Virus record (IMG/VR): IMGVR_UViG_3300036770_004836
Location: 1-52,337 of that record
Source of the DNA: a virus
Taxonomy: Duplodnaviria; Caudoviricetes
DNA length: 52,337 nucleotides
Reading direction: 5' to 3' (one strand)
The position numbers were made by a program, and so were the translations under genes. The notes under the pieces are model-generated. The model had not been told where the DNA came from, did not search any database, and worked only from the letters and a program-made list of their open reading frames with translations. Shown here piece after piece: positions 1-9,851 of the stretch (position 1 is its first letter; every line of letters starts with the position of its first letter).

Positions 1-99
1 AAGATTCGCTAAAACTTATGAAGTTGTATAAGTCCGAACAACGCAAAAAATAACTTTTTTTAATAGATTTTACTTCATTCTTTCGTATATTTTACCAAT

Positions 100-3000
100 A
101 TGAAAGACCCATTATTAGATTTACATCTAAGTCGAGGACTCGGAGACACAATCAGTGCAACACCATCACTTCGAAAACTTTTTTATGCCTACGGTAAAAA
201 AATATCAGTATTAACCGAACATACTGAAATTTTCAAAAATAATAAATACGTAGACAAAATATTTGACACCTCAGAAACTTCTAGGGAAAGTTTACAAGAA
301 AAATATGAATTATTGGTTAGTTTTGCACCTAATTTAGAAAATGAATATGAAATAGGATTACGTCACAACGTAATGGATATTCGACAATTTCATGCATCAG
401 GTTTGGGATTTACTCTTCTACCCGAGGAATGTGAGGTTGATTATAGTCCCGACGAATGGGAACCGATTGAAAATCTTCCAGATAAATTTGTTCTAATACA
501 TCCAGTTCAAAGTTGGGCTTCGAGAACATGGGATATTGAAAAATGGACACGATTGACTGAAATGTTAAATGATAATGGTATTTCAGTTGTTTCAGTTGGT
601 AAATCTTCAAGTGAAATAGGGTTTCATATGGTCCAAAAACCCGTTTTTGATTTTCCCATCAAATTAGGGTTAAACTTGATGAATCAAACTAGCATATCTC
701 AGACGTGGTGGTTAATTCAAAAAAGTTTAGCTTTCGTAACAATGGACTCAGGACTGTTACATTTAGCAGGTTCTACAGACGCCCAAATTATTCAACTTGG
801 TAGTTCAATAAATTGGAGATTACGTGCTCCATTCAGAAATGGCCGTCAGGATTACAAATATCATTATATTGATGGTGATTGTAAAATTGCATGTGCTTCG
901 GATATGAAATATAGCGTACTGGAATGGAATTCGGTTAGAGCAATACCCCCATTGGTTGGGTGTTTGGAAAAAAAATCTGAATACCTTTGTCATCCAAAGA
1001 TTTCCAATGTTCTCAATAAATTAATTGAAGTTATAAAATATAAAAAAATGAAAAAATTAGATATTACTCGAACTGATTTAATAAAACAGATTGGGAAAGA
1101 ATTTCAAAATGGTAAAGGTGTGGAAGTCGGTACTTTCAAAGGGGAGTTTTCAAAAGAGATTCTTAATAACTGGTCTGGAACTTTGTTTATGGTTGATGTG
1201 TGGAAGGGATTACCCAATGAAGAATATTCGGATGTAAGTAATCATAATAACTTTGAACATGGTGTTTTCCATCATGCAATGAATAACATTCAAGGTTTTG
1301 AAAATAGAGCGATTATGATTAGAGCATCTTCCGAAGTTTCTTCGAACATGTTCGAAGACAACTCTTTGGATTTTGTCTATATTGATGCAAATCACGCATA
1401 TGATTATGTCGTTCAAGATATACGTTTATGGTATCCAAAAGTTAAACCTGGTGGTTATTTATGTGGTCATGATTATATCATGACAATAGATTGGTATAAT
1501 GACCCAAACTTTTTGAACAATAAAAAAGATAAACACATGTATGCTGGAAAATCTTATATTGGTATTTTTGGTGTTAATCCCGCGGTTGATGAGTTTTGTG
1601 AAAAAAACGGATATGATTTAAGTATAACGAACGAAGGACACGCAAGTTGGATGATAAAAAAAAAAGATGAATTAGTTTCTGAAACAACATTGAAATTAGA
1701 AAAAAAAGTTAATCCTATAAGAATTTTATTTTTTGCCCCTCACCTCTCCACAGGGGGAATGCCATCGTATTTACTGAAAAGAATCGAAAGTCTTCAACAA
1801 AATAAACTGAATGTTGAAATATTTGTCGCAGAATTTTGTCAATACTCGAATATATACACCGTTCAAAGAAACAAAATCAAAGAACTCATACCTGAAGGAA
1901 ATTTTTGGACAATCAATACTTTGAATAATCATAATGTCGAAAATTCAATGAAAATAATGCAAATTATTAAAGATAATTCTATCGACATTGTACATATTGA
2001 TGAAATGGTTGAGGGATTTGACCCATTCAACAAAGTTCCAAGTGAATTAATAAATTCCATTTATGATAACAATAGAACTTGGAGAGTCGTAGAGACTTGT
2101 CACAACATTTCGTTTGACCCTAACACATCAAAAAAATTTCACCCTGACGCGTATGCATTATGTACACCTTATCACTTAAATGGATTCTTTAATAATATGC
2201 CATCCCACAAAGAGGTGTTCGAGTTTCCAATTGAAAATAAATTTAGATCTCGTGAAGAACAAGTTAAATCTCAAGAAATATTGGGGTTAGATACTTCGAA
2301 AGTCCATGTAATCAACGTTGGTCTATGGACATCAGGTAAAAATCAGGGTGAAGGGATAGAAATTGCAAGACATTTTCAAGATAGAAATGTTGAATTTCAT
2401 TTTATTGGGAACCAAGCATCAAACTTCAAAGATTATTGGGAACCTCTGATGTCAAACTTACCATCGAACGTTCATATTTGGGGGGAAAGAAGTGATGTTG
2501 AAACCTTTATGAAAGCGGCAGATGTGCTTATGTTCAACTCGACTTGGGAGTGTAATCCTTTGGTAATTCGTGAAGCGGCATCATTTGGACTAAAAATTAT
2601 TGCGAGAAATCTACCCCAATATGTTGGAATGTTTAATGGCCTAATCACTCCGCTTTCAGAAGAAATTTCAACTAATGTAAGTTTATTACGTAATTTGATT
2701 TCTTCAACTCGTAATTACCAAATATTGAGTGGTATGACCGAAGATTTCGCAGAAAGACATTACAATTTATATAAATTTTTGTTGACACAAGAACCAATAA
2801 AACAAATAAAAAATATTTCAAAAATAGATATTAAACAATTTTTCATAAATGAACCATTTTTAGAAATTGTTGGAGACAGTAATAGCCTGTATGATGTAAA
2901 ATTTTTTGATGAACAGGGCGTTTGTCATTATCATAATAAAATAAAATCAAATAATTGGATTAAATTAAATCGAAGATATTTTACCAAATGGAACACCAAA

Positions 3001-4587
3001 ATTCTAGAGGATGGCGTGTTGGTATATGATAAAACTCTTGATTATAAAGGTAAAAGAGTATTAATAAACTTTGAAAGCAGTTCTTTGGGGGATACTATTG
3101 CGTGGATACCTTATGCTCTTGAATTCAAAAAAGTACATGAATGTGATGTGATTGTATCTACTCATTTGAATTATCTTTTCCGTGATACATATACAGAAAT
3201 AGAATTTGTTGAACCAGGAAATGTTGTTCATGACATTCAAGGCCAATATAATCTTGGATGGTTCTATGACACAAATAAAGAACCAGTTTTACCAAATACA
3301 ATTCCATTACAACAAGCCGCTACAAACATATTAGGATTACCATATACTGAAATAAAACCAAGAATTTCATACAAAATATATGATAGACCTTACGAAGAAA
3401 AATATGTAACAATTGCGACAAACTCGACAGCGGGATGCAAGTTTTGGACCAAAGAAGGTTGGCAAGAACTAATCAATTATCTTCATTCATTGGGGTATAA
3501 AGTAATAAATGTATCGAAAGAAGATAACCATTTCAATAATTGCGAAAAAGTAAAAAATGTTGAAATGGATTACACAATGAATGTAATTCACCATAGTGAA
3601 TTCTTTATAGGATTATCAAGTGGACTGTCTTGGTTATCTTGGGCATTGGGTAAACATGTTGTGATGATTAGTAATTTCACAAACGAAAATCATGAATTTT
3701 CATCAAACTGCACTAGAATTACAAACTTGAATGTTTGTAATAGTTGCTGGAATAATCCCTCATACAAATTTAATAGAGGAGATTGGTATTGGTGCCCAGT
3801 CCACAAAGGTACGTCTCGACAATTTGAATGTCATACTTCGATAACTTCAGAAATGGTGATTTCGGGAATCCAAAATTTATTGAAACCTAAATTATTTCAA
3901 TCAAAAAAACCTAAAATACAAATAAAACATTTGTTAACAAGAATCGAAGATGAAAGGGAAAAATTGAGTATTGAATCTATAAGCAAATTGAAAGAGTACG
4001 GATTTGATTATTTCCCAATTATAAACAAAGTTTATGAAGGATTCCCTCCCTCGGAAAATTGTAGAAGACCTGAGCACTTAAGTAAGGATAATAAACCAGG
4101 TGAGTTGTTTCCTGGTGCAGGATTAGGTTGGATAACGGGAAGACACTACGGTTGTTATTTAGCACACAGAGAAACTTTAGAGACTATTGATAATGGTTAT
4201 GACTACACCTTGATTTTTGAGGCAGACGCTTATATATGTACGTCAGTAGAAGAGTTTGTTGACATAATATTCAAAAGTTGTGAGATAATGGAAAAAGATG
4301 ATGTTTATTTTTTATCATTTTCTAATAATCTATCCCGACATAAAGAAAAAATTGATAATTATTTTAGTAAAACCGCAAGTAATCAAGACCTAGCACATGC
4401 CTATATTATACGGAACAAAGACAAAGAATGGTGGATGCAAAGATTGATAGATTGTGGATGGGATTCCGCCGATTTGTGGTACAATCATGTGTTTGAAAAC
4501 CACCCTAAATTAAGGTATACCACAAACAAGTCATATTCTAATCAAGGAGCGGGATACTCTTTACTTGATGAAGTAGAAAAAAAGTAA
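100..4587 (+). CDS. Five-domain glycosyltransferase polyprotein: GT9-like / class I SAM methyltransferase (Methyltransf_24-like) / GT4-like / TibC-Aah-like O-heptosyltransferase-type domain / GT25-like
   Basis: 1495 aa ORF. GLGDTI...FVTMDSGLLHLAG (GT9); VEVGTFKG...FVYIDANHAY...VKPGG (MTase); HLSTGGMP...NVGLWTSGKNQ...ECNPLVIREA (GT4); SLGDTIAWIPY...FIGLSSGLSWLSW...CNSCWN..WCP.HKG..QFEC (TibC-like, with Cys finger); GCYLAH...IFEAD...AHAYII (GT25-like). Confidence 0.85.
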   Translation: MKDPLLDLHLSRGLGDTISATPSLRKLFYAYGKKISVLTEHTEIFKNNKYVDKIFDTSETSRESLQEKYELLVSFAPNLENEYEIGLRHNVMDIRQFHASGLGFTLLPEECEVDYSPDEWEPIENLPDKFVLIHPVQSWASRTWDIEKWTRLTEMLNDNGISVVSVGKSSSEIGFHMVQKPVFDFPIKLGLNLMNQTSISQTWWLIQKSLAFVTMDSGLLHLAGSTDAQIIQLGSSINWRLRAPFRNGRQDYKYHYIDGDCKIACASDMKYSVLEWNSVRAIPPLVGCLEKKSEYLCHPKISNVLNKLIEVIKYKKMKKLDITRTDLIKQIGKEFQNGKGVEVGTFKGEFSKEILNNWSGTLFMVDVWKGLPNEEYSDVSNHNNFEHGVFHHAMNNIQGFENRAIMIRASSEVSSNMFEDNSLDFVYIDANHAYDYVVQDIRLWYPKVKPGGYLCGHDYIMTIDWYNDPNFLNNKKDKHMYAGKSYIGIFGVNPAVDEFCEKNGYDLSITNEGHASWMIKKKDELVSETTLKLEKKVNPIRILFFAPHLSTGGMPSYLLKRIESLQQNKLNVEIFVAEFCQYSNIYTVQRNKIKELIPEGNFWTINTLNNHNVENSMKIMQIIKDNSIDIVHIDEMVEGFDPFNKVPSELINSIYDNNRTWRVVETCHNISFDPNTSKKFHPDAYALCTPYHLNGFFNNMPSHKEVFEFPIENKFRSREEQVKSQEILGLDTSKVHVINVGLWTSGKNQGEGIEIARHFQDRNVEFHFIGNQASNFKDYWEPLMSNLPSNVHIWGERSDVETFMKAADVLMFNSTWECNPLVIREAASFGLKIIARNLPQYVGMFNGLITPLSEEISTNVSLLRNLISSTRNYQILSGMTEDFAERHYNLYKFLLTQEPIKQIKNISKIDIKQFFINEPFLEIVGDSNSLYDVKFFDEQGVCHYHNKIKSNNWIKLNRRYFTKWNTKILEDGVLVYDKTLDYKGKRVLINFESSSLGDTIAWIPYALEFKKVHECDVIVSTHLNYLFRDTYTEIEFVEPGNVVHDIQGQYNLGWFYDTNKEPVLPNTIPLQQAATNILGLPYTEIKPRISYKIYDRPYEEKYVTIATNSTAGCKFWTKEGWQELINYLHSLGYKVINVSKEDNHFNNCEKVKNVEMDYTMNVIHHSEFFIGLSSGLSWLSWALGKHVVMISNFTNENHEFSSNCTRITNLNVCNSCWNNPSYKFNRGDWYWCPVHKGTSRQFECHTSITSEMVISGIQNLLKPKLFQSKKPKIQIKHLLTRIEDEREKLSIESISKLKEYGFDYFPIINKVYEGFPPSENCRRPEHLSKDNKPGELFPGAGLGWITGRHYGCYLAHRETLETIDNGYDYTLIFEADAYICTSVEEFVDIIFKSCEIMEKDDVYFLSFSNNLSRHKEKIDNYFSKTASNQDLAHAYIIRNKDKEWWMQRLIDCGWDSADLWYNHVFENHPKLRYTTNKSYSNQGAGYSLLDEVEKK

Positions 4588-4679
4588 AATTCTATCTTAT
4601 CGAAGATTTGAAATAAAAGTTAGATTATTTTTTTATAGTCGACTTTTATTTCTTCATTATTTATATTGATAATAGAATT
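4588..4679. terminator. Inverted-repeat intergenic region between convergent genes; probable bidirectional terminator/hairpin
   Basis: GAAATAAAAGT (4610-4620) pairs with ACTTTTATTTC (4642-4652); outer AATTCTAT (4588-4595) pairs with ATAGAATT (4672-4679). Confidence 0.5.
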
Positions 4680-5489
4680 TTAGATTAAACTATTTGGTAG
4701 GTACCCCTTAAAATTAGAGTAAATATGATTCAATAATACCTTAGCATAAGTTTTATTATGGATAGGCCCTGCGTGAATATCATCCACAGCACCATCCACA
4801 AAATTACCATAAGCACCATCAAATCTATTGAATTCACTATACGCAGTCGGAATACCCATCCATCCATTCCATAACCAGTTGCATTTCTTTGATTCCAAAA
4901 AATACTTTATCAGAAGATGATTTTTATACCAATTCATAAAATCTTCATAATCGTTTTGAATCGCGACTAAACTATTTTGTAATTCCCTACCATCTTCAGT
5001 TTCTTTAGTATACCCCCATTGTGATGTAATCATAAAAGGTTCTAACCCCCCATCTTTGGTGTACAACTCCCTTCTTTGCGGCGACGTATACATAATCAAA
5101 ACCAAATCAGGTTTGATTAAATCATAATAAGTAATTAGGCATCTGGCAATAAAATCATTACTTCTCCCTCCCATCCCAAAATTATGATTTACTCCGTTGT
5201 TAACTAACTTAGAGAACTGAGCGGGCCATGTTTCATCATCATTTACCCCAACTCCTTCAGTATTGGAATCTCCAATCGACATTATCTTAAATCCTTCTTT
5301 GTCTATAGAGTCACCCCTAAAACCTAATTCGTTGTAAGTATATAAACACAAACGAGTTTCATCAGACCCCGAGGTATAGTATGATTGATTTTTCTTTTCT
5401 GACAAACTCCATTTATAACTGGAAATTTCGAACCCCTCAGGAGTCCAATACTTGAGATTATGTAAGGATTTGAAAAATCTTGGATCCAT
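4680..5489 (-). CDS. SGNH/GDSL hydrolase-like protein (putative O-acyl esterase/transferase)
   Basis: YNELGFRG..IGDSNTEG, GMGGRSN, DDIHAGP motifs. Confidence 0.75.
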   Translation of the reverse strand: MDPRFFKSLHNLKYWTPEGFEISSYKWSLSEKKNQSYYTSGSDETRLCLYTYNELGFRGDSIDKEGFKIMSIGDSNTEGVGVNDDETWPAQFSKLVNNGVNHNFGMGGRSNDFIARCLITYYDLIKPDLVLIMYTSPQRRELYTKDGGLEPFMITSQWGYTKETEDGRELQNSLVAIQNDYEDFMNWYKNHLLIKYFLESKKCNWLWNGWMGIPTAYSEFNRFDGAYGNFVDGAVDDIHAGPIHNKTYAKVLLNHIYSNFKGYLPNSLI

Positions 5490-6562
5490 TATATAAGATT
5501 TTGTTTTTGAAGAATAAATTCTTGTAGATTATGCCAACATTGTTGAGCGGGTATAAATGAATTAACTTCTCGAACGAAGTCATGATAATCAGGATGTGAC
5601 ACATCCCAAACTTTTTCCATTTCATATTCTTCTTCAGTAAAGGTCCCCCAATTGTTAATTTTACCATAAAAAACATTAACTTTTTTCCCAAAAATTGACA
5701 ACATCAAATCATAAAACGTTTTCATTTCTTTATAATTTTTCTGTTGTACAACAAATGAAGTTTTAATATTTTTCAAACCCCTTATAGTATTAATAAACTT
5801 AAGGTTTTCAATTAACTCATCCCAATTTCCACCAACTCTTACTTTATTTTCATACGTATCTTTAGTCGCAGCATCAATACTAATTTCACACGTTTTAATA
5901 TATTTGTGTACATTACTCATCGATTCCCACATTTTCTTATCCCATCTGGTAGCGTTGGTATGAAGATGTATATGAGACAAACTTGGCCATTTATTCGAGT
6001 CAAAGTTTCTGAGAAAATCCCTAAATCCAACAGAAACGAAAGGGTCACCTGATCCAGTTATATATAATCTTTTTGTGGTTTCACCATATTGAGTTTCTAT
6101 CTCGTCGATAGTTTTTTTTACTCTTTCAATCCCCTTAGAATTTTCTACTATCAAGTTTATCCGACAAGACGGACATTTGAGATTACAAGTCCTATCGAAG
6201 GAAAATTGTATTGTGGTTGGGGGTGATAAAATACCTTTTTTGAACGATTCAATCTTTGAGTTCAATTCCTTTGGTAGTTTATTTTTGTGATATAATGTAC
6301 TTGTATTACCCACTTCCCCAAAATTTTCAAGTTGATGTAAGTATGGACATTGGGTCTTATCACAGTATTTGAAAGACCCATCTATTACGGATTCTCGTAT
6401 TTGTTGTGCTTCAGTTGACTCCCAAGCATCTTTTGGTGAAGAATGTTGTGGTAAATATTTTTTTAACCATGACGCACAACACAGAAACCTATCCTTTTCA
6501 TGAATTTCTAAAGCAGCAAAAGGAACCGCACAAACATAGTCATTCAAATCTATCTTCTTCAT
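5489..6562 (-). CDS. Radical SAM protein with N-terminal Cys-rich (SPASM/twitch-like) region
   Basis: CNLKCPSC motif, ITGSGDPF, HTNA, SIDAA; N-terminal C..PF...LCC...C...CP. Confidence 0.85.
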   Translation of the reverse strand: MKKIDLNDYVCAVPFAALEIHEKDRFLCCASWLKKYLPQHSSPKDAWESTEAQQIRESVIDGSFKYCDKTQCPYLHQLENFGEVGNTSTLYHKNKLPKELNSKIESFKKGILSPPTTIQFSFDRTCNLKCPSCRINLIVENSKGIERVKKTIDEIETQYGETTKRLYITGSGDPFVSVGFRDFLRNFDSNKWPSLSHIHLHTNATRWDKKMWESMSNVHKYIKTCEISIDAATKDTYENKVRVGGNWDELIENLKFINTIRGLKNIKTSFVVQQKNYKEMKTFYDLMLSIFGKKVNVFYGKINNWGTFTEEEYEMEKVWDVSHPDYHDFVREVNSFIPAQQCWHNLQEFILQKQNLI

Positions 6563-7008
6563 ATTAAATCTTTTTGGATTTGAAGTTCGAAAGGATTATT
6601 TAACATAAAACCAATTAAAGTATATCTATCCCCCACACAATCATTAACCCTATGATATTCTTCTCCCGAAAAATAAATCATGTCACCCTTTTTAGGGGTA
6701 TATACTTCCTCACCGAAAAAAATTTCACCACCTTCAAAGTCATCATTCAGAAAAACAATAAAAGACCAAGAGTTCAAGTGCGTATGTGGTTCTTCAATTT
6801 GTTGGATTGTTTCATTAACCATTTGCACTCTGAATTTTTTGAAAACAAACCTATCCAATTTTCTAACTTCAATTTCGGTATCCATTAAATCAACGAAGTA
6901 AAACTTGTAATATTGGTCTCCGAAGTATTGTTTGACACCATTTTTGAAAATATTAATGAAGTATTCGGTTTCTTCATTCGTAAGAAATGATGGGACGTAT
7001 TTAATCAT
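6559..7008 (-). CDS. 2OG-Fe(II) oxygenase (prolyl-hydroxylase-like)
   Basis: PHTH...FLNDDFEGGE...YHRV...RYTL. Confidence 0.8.
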   Translation of the reverse strand: MIKYVPSFLTNEETEYFINIFKNGVKQYFGDQYYKFYFVDLMDTEIEVRKLDRFVFKKFRVQMVNETIQQIEEPHTHLNSWSFIVFLNDDFEGGEIFFGEEVYTPKKGDMIYFSGEEYHRVNDCVGDRYTLIGFMLNNPFELQIQKDLI

Positions 7009-7010
7009 AA

Positions 7011-7532
7011 TTAAAATAAACTCATTTCAACACCCAACTCTTTATGTGATATAAAATAAACAAATGAATATCTTGTACCCTTTGTGATTTCAGTCACCTC
7101 GTGTAAGACATCCGAGTTCATTTTATACAACACTCCTAATTCAGTTGCCAATTCACCATCAGGATTATAGGTTATTAATCTACCACCCTCAAAATCGTCA
7201 TTAAGTTTTGCACCAACGATAACGGCCCAATCATTCTGTCTTTCTTTATCCACATGTTTGGCAAATTTACCCCCCGTGAAAAATTCATGGGCATAAAAAA
7301 ATCTTCCTTCTTTTATTTTATTGTTCGGAAATTCATCTTTCAGAAATTCAGAAATCAAATCGAAAAACCATTGTGTTGATTGTTCCCGTTTGACTTCACA
7401 AATATTATAATCCAACCTTGACTTGTGTAATCCTGCAGGAGAACAAACATCAGGACAATATCTTACATTAGATTTACCAAAATAAGACATCCATGATATA
7501 ATTTCTTCACATTGTTTTTCTGTTAATTTCAT
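7011..7532 (-). CDS. 2OG-Fe(II) oxygenase
   Basis: KHVD...LNDDFEGG...LHEV...GTRYS. Confidence 0.85.
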   Translation of the reverse strand: MKLTEKQCEEIISWMSYFGKSNVRYCPDVCSPAGLHKSRLDYNICEVKREQSTQWFFDLISEFLKDEFPNNKIKEGRFFYAHEFFTGGKFAKHVDKERQNDWAVIVGAKLNDDFEGGRLITYNPDGELATELGVLYKMNSDVLHEVTEITKGTRYSFVYFISHKELGVEMSLF

Positions 7533-7536
7533 ATTG

Positions 7537-8079
7537 TTATATAATTTCTTGTGGAATCATTAAATCACTTTTTCTAGCCCAAAAAACCATAGAATATCTT
7601 ACACCTTGCATAACCTCAGTAACCCAATGGGGTAATTTAGCATCAAAATTTATACAATTACCACGATTTGGATTTGCAGTAAAATTTTCGAACATTAAAT
7701 CCCCCCCTATATAAGATCCAGGTTCAGATAATTGGAAAATATACGAACGATATCTCTCCCCCCTCTCTTTATCACCAGAATCATAATTCAAAATATTATT
7801 ATCCCTATGAACAGGAAATGAATCCCCAACAACATATTTCCTAACCAATAGATTATGTACCTGTTCATCATTAGAAAACGTGAAACGGTTGAGGTTTAGT
7901 TCAGGAAATATCGAAAAAAACTCCTCAGGAATATCCTCATGAGAAACTAATCCTTCTTGTCCGCATTTACCATATCTTTTTCCTCTATTCATAATGTCTA
8001 GAGGGCCATTTTCGAAATAGTTAATGAAATATTCACATAAACCTTCACTAAGTAATAATTTTTCTTCGATTGGTTTCAT
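7537..8079 (-). CDS. 2OG-Fe(II) oxygenase (PKHD-type)
   Basis: VHRD...QLSEPGSYIGGDL...PHWV...GVRYSMVFW. Confidence 0.85.
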   Translation of the reverse strand: MKPIEEKLLLSEGLCEYFINYFENGPLDIMNRGKRYGKCGQEGLVSHEDIPEEFFSIFPELNLNRFTFSNDEQVHNLLVRKYVVGDSFPVHRDNNILNYDSGDKERGERYRSYIFQLSEPGSYIGGDLMFENFTANPNRGNCINFDAKLPHWVTEVMQGVRYSMVFWARKSDLMIPQEII

Positions 8080-8657
8080 ATCACAGTTTTATTTATTTTT
8101 TTTTGATTCGATACGTCAATACACAAACTACCAGCATAAACAATTCGTTTTTTTTCAGAATTGGGGGTTGGAATTGCGGTATGCCTTATATCACCAGGAA
8201 ATATAAATATATCTCCAACATTCGGCATGAATTTATGTCTTTTTTTATCCTCATCTTCAAAAACAATACACCCTTCATCACCACTTACTTCATCCGTTGT
8301 TTGTAAATAAAACGTGAAAGTAAAATCAGACAAAATATTGGATCTACCAGAAGGATGAACCAAGATATGTTGATGCATCCATTCTAAATTAAATCCTTTT
8401 TTTTGTGTATAAATCCAGTAATGTTGGGCGTAATTAACAAGTTTCCTGTCGGTTATATTTTCTATTTGAGTTTTAATATAAGAATTTATGGAATTAAAAC
8501 ATTCCGTTTCAATTTCTACCCAAACAGAATTATCATTAGTGTGTATTGCGAGTTTGTCGTTAATTTCAACGTACTTCAAAAATTCACTAATAGGAAATTC
8601 ATTATTATATTTCCCTTTGTATATTGTGAATTTTTCCGATAACTTTATTGGACTCAT
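8076..8657 (-). CDS. Putative 2OG-Fe(II) oxygenase (HxH type)
   Basis: WMHQH...FTFYL...GDIFIFPGDIRH...KRIVYAG. Confidence 0.7.
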   Translation of the reverse strand: MSPIKLSEKFTIYKGKYNNEFPISEFLKYVEINDKLAIHTNDNSVWVEIETECFNSINSYIKTQIENITDRKLVNYAQHYWIYTQKKGFNLEWMHQHILVHPSGRSNILSDFTFTFYLQTTDEVSGDEGCIVFEDEDKKRHKFMPNVGDIFIFPGDIRHTAIPTPNSEKKRIVYAGSLCIDVSNQKKINKTVI

Positions 8658-9256
8658 ATAATATATCTTGGTTCCTTGAACTTTATAATATTTTCCCCTT
8701 TTTCAAAATTCCCATTTTTGAAATAAGTCCAATTTATTATATGAATAGGGCTAACCACTTTAGTAAACTTATTAGGTTCGAGTTTATATTCGTAACGATT
8801 AAGTTCTTCTTGTTTTCTAAATGAAAAATAATTGAAAACTGACAAAATACAATTGTCGTTTGCAATAGATTTACAATACTCTTCAAATTTATGGTAATTC
8901 ATATCATCATGTGTATCCATGAATATCCCATCGAATTTCTTTTTTAACTTTGGAATAATATCTACCCAATCACCAAATATAATATTTACATTTGGTCTAC
9001 TTTTAGCCCAATCTTTCGCTCTTTCGTAAATTTGTGGATTGATTTCTATACAAGTATATTCCTCCGCTAAATTACTCATTTCGTTTGCGGAAAATCCCAT
9101 ACCAAAACCTATGTCCAAAACACTACCTCCATTTTGGCAAACTAAATATGAATACATTTGCATCAATGATTTTGATGCTGCATCCATTACAATAGATCTT
9201 GGGTTATTTTTGAAATGGATGTTCCGTTCCGTGAAAACCACTTCTTCATTTTTCAT
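8654..9256 (-). CDS. Class I SAM methyltransferase, guanidinoacetate N-methyltransferase/Rmt2-like
   Basis: VLDIGFGMGFSA, CIEINP, GDWVD, FDGIFMDT. Confidence 0.75.
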   Translation of the reverse strand: MKNEEVVFTERNIHFKNNPRSIVMDAASKSLMQMYSYLVCQNGGSVLDIGFGMGFSANEMSNLAEEYTCIEINPQIYERAKDWAKSRPNVNIIFGDWVDIIPKLKKKFDGIFMDTHDDMNYHKFEEYCKSIANDNCILSVFNYFSFRKQEELNRYEYKLEPNKFTKVVSPIHIINWTYFKNGNFEKGENIIKFKEPRYII

Positions 9257-9270
9257 ATTGCTATATTAAA

Positions 9271-9702
9271 TTATAAAAATTCTTTTTTGTTGAATCGTTC
9301 ATATCTTCCATAGTTACTTAGAAGTTCTTCTCCTTTGTAAATAATTCGGTTGGTAAGGAGAGTATCTTTATCAATGTTTGATTTATCGAACCCACTATTA
9401 ACAAAATAATAAGGTGTCGTATAAATCCAATGACACCCATTAATTAATTTCACATATGTTTGTGTATCGGTCGGAAAATCTGGCCCATACAAAAAAATGT
9501 CTTTTATGTGATTATATAATTCCTCAGGAAGAGAACGTAATTCGGATTCAGATATTGAATATATACCCGTGTCTCCACTCCATACTTCAAATGGATTCGT
9601 ATCCTTAGGAATATCTTTTACGGCGAATACACCAACACCTTGGATTCTACTCGGTTTTAGTTTGACAAAAACTTTTGTAGAAATATATTCGAAAGCATTC
9701 AT
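9271..9702 (-). CDS. SET-domain protein (putative lysine methyltransferase)
   Basis: SRIQGVGVFAVKDIPK...YFVNS...IYKGEELLSNY. Confidence 0.8.
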   Translation of the reverse strand: MNAFEYISTKVFVKLKPSRIQGVGVFAVKDIPKDTNPFEVWSGDTGIYSISESELRSLPEELYNHIKDIFLYGPDFPTDTQTYVKLINGCHWIYTTPYYFVNSGFDKSNIDKDTLLTNRIIYKGEELLSNYGRYERFNKKEFL

Positions 9703-9845
9703 TAAGTGTGTTTTTGAATGAACAATTCAAAAAATTTGGCAACCGCCTGATTCACTTGATTTTTTTCAGTACTGTTCAAAGGACTTGTAGTCCTTGTCTC
9801 AACCGATGAAGTTGATATTTTTTTATAAAGATTTGGATTTGTCAT
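9702..9845 (-). CDS. Small 47-aa Ser/Thr-rich protein (not in ORF track): MTNPNLYKKISTSSVETRTTSPLNSTEKNQVNQAVAKFFELFIQKHT
   Basis: ATG at 9845 lies 6 nt after the TAA at 9852-9854; its own TAA overlaps the SET gene ATG (TAATG); it fills the gap exactly. Confidence 0.7.
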   Translation of the reverse strand: MTNPNLYKKISTSSVETRTTSPLNSTEKNQVNQAVAKFFELFIQKHT

Positions 9846-9851
9846 AGTTTG

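Noticed and set aside
2-31. 3' end of an upstream plus-strand gene (RFAKTYEVV*)
   Set aside because: Too short to support a call
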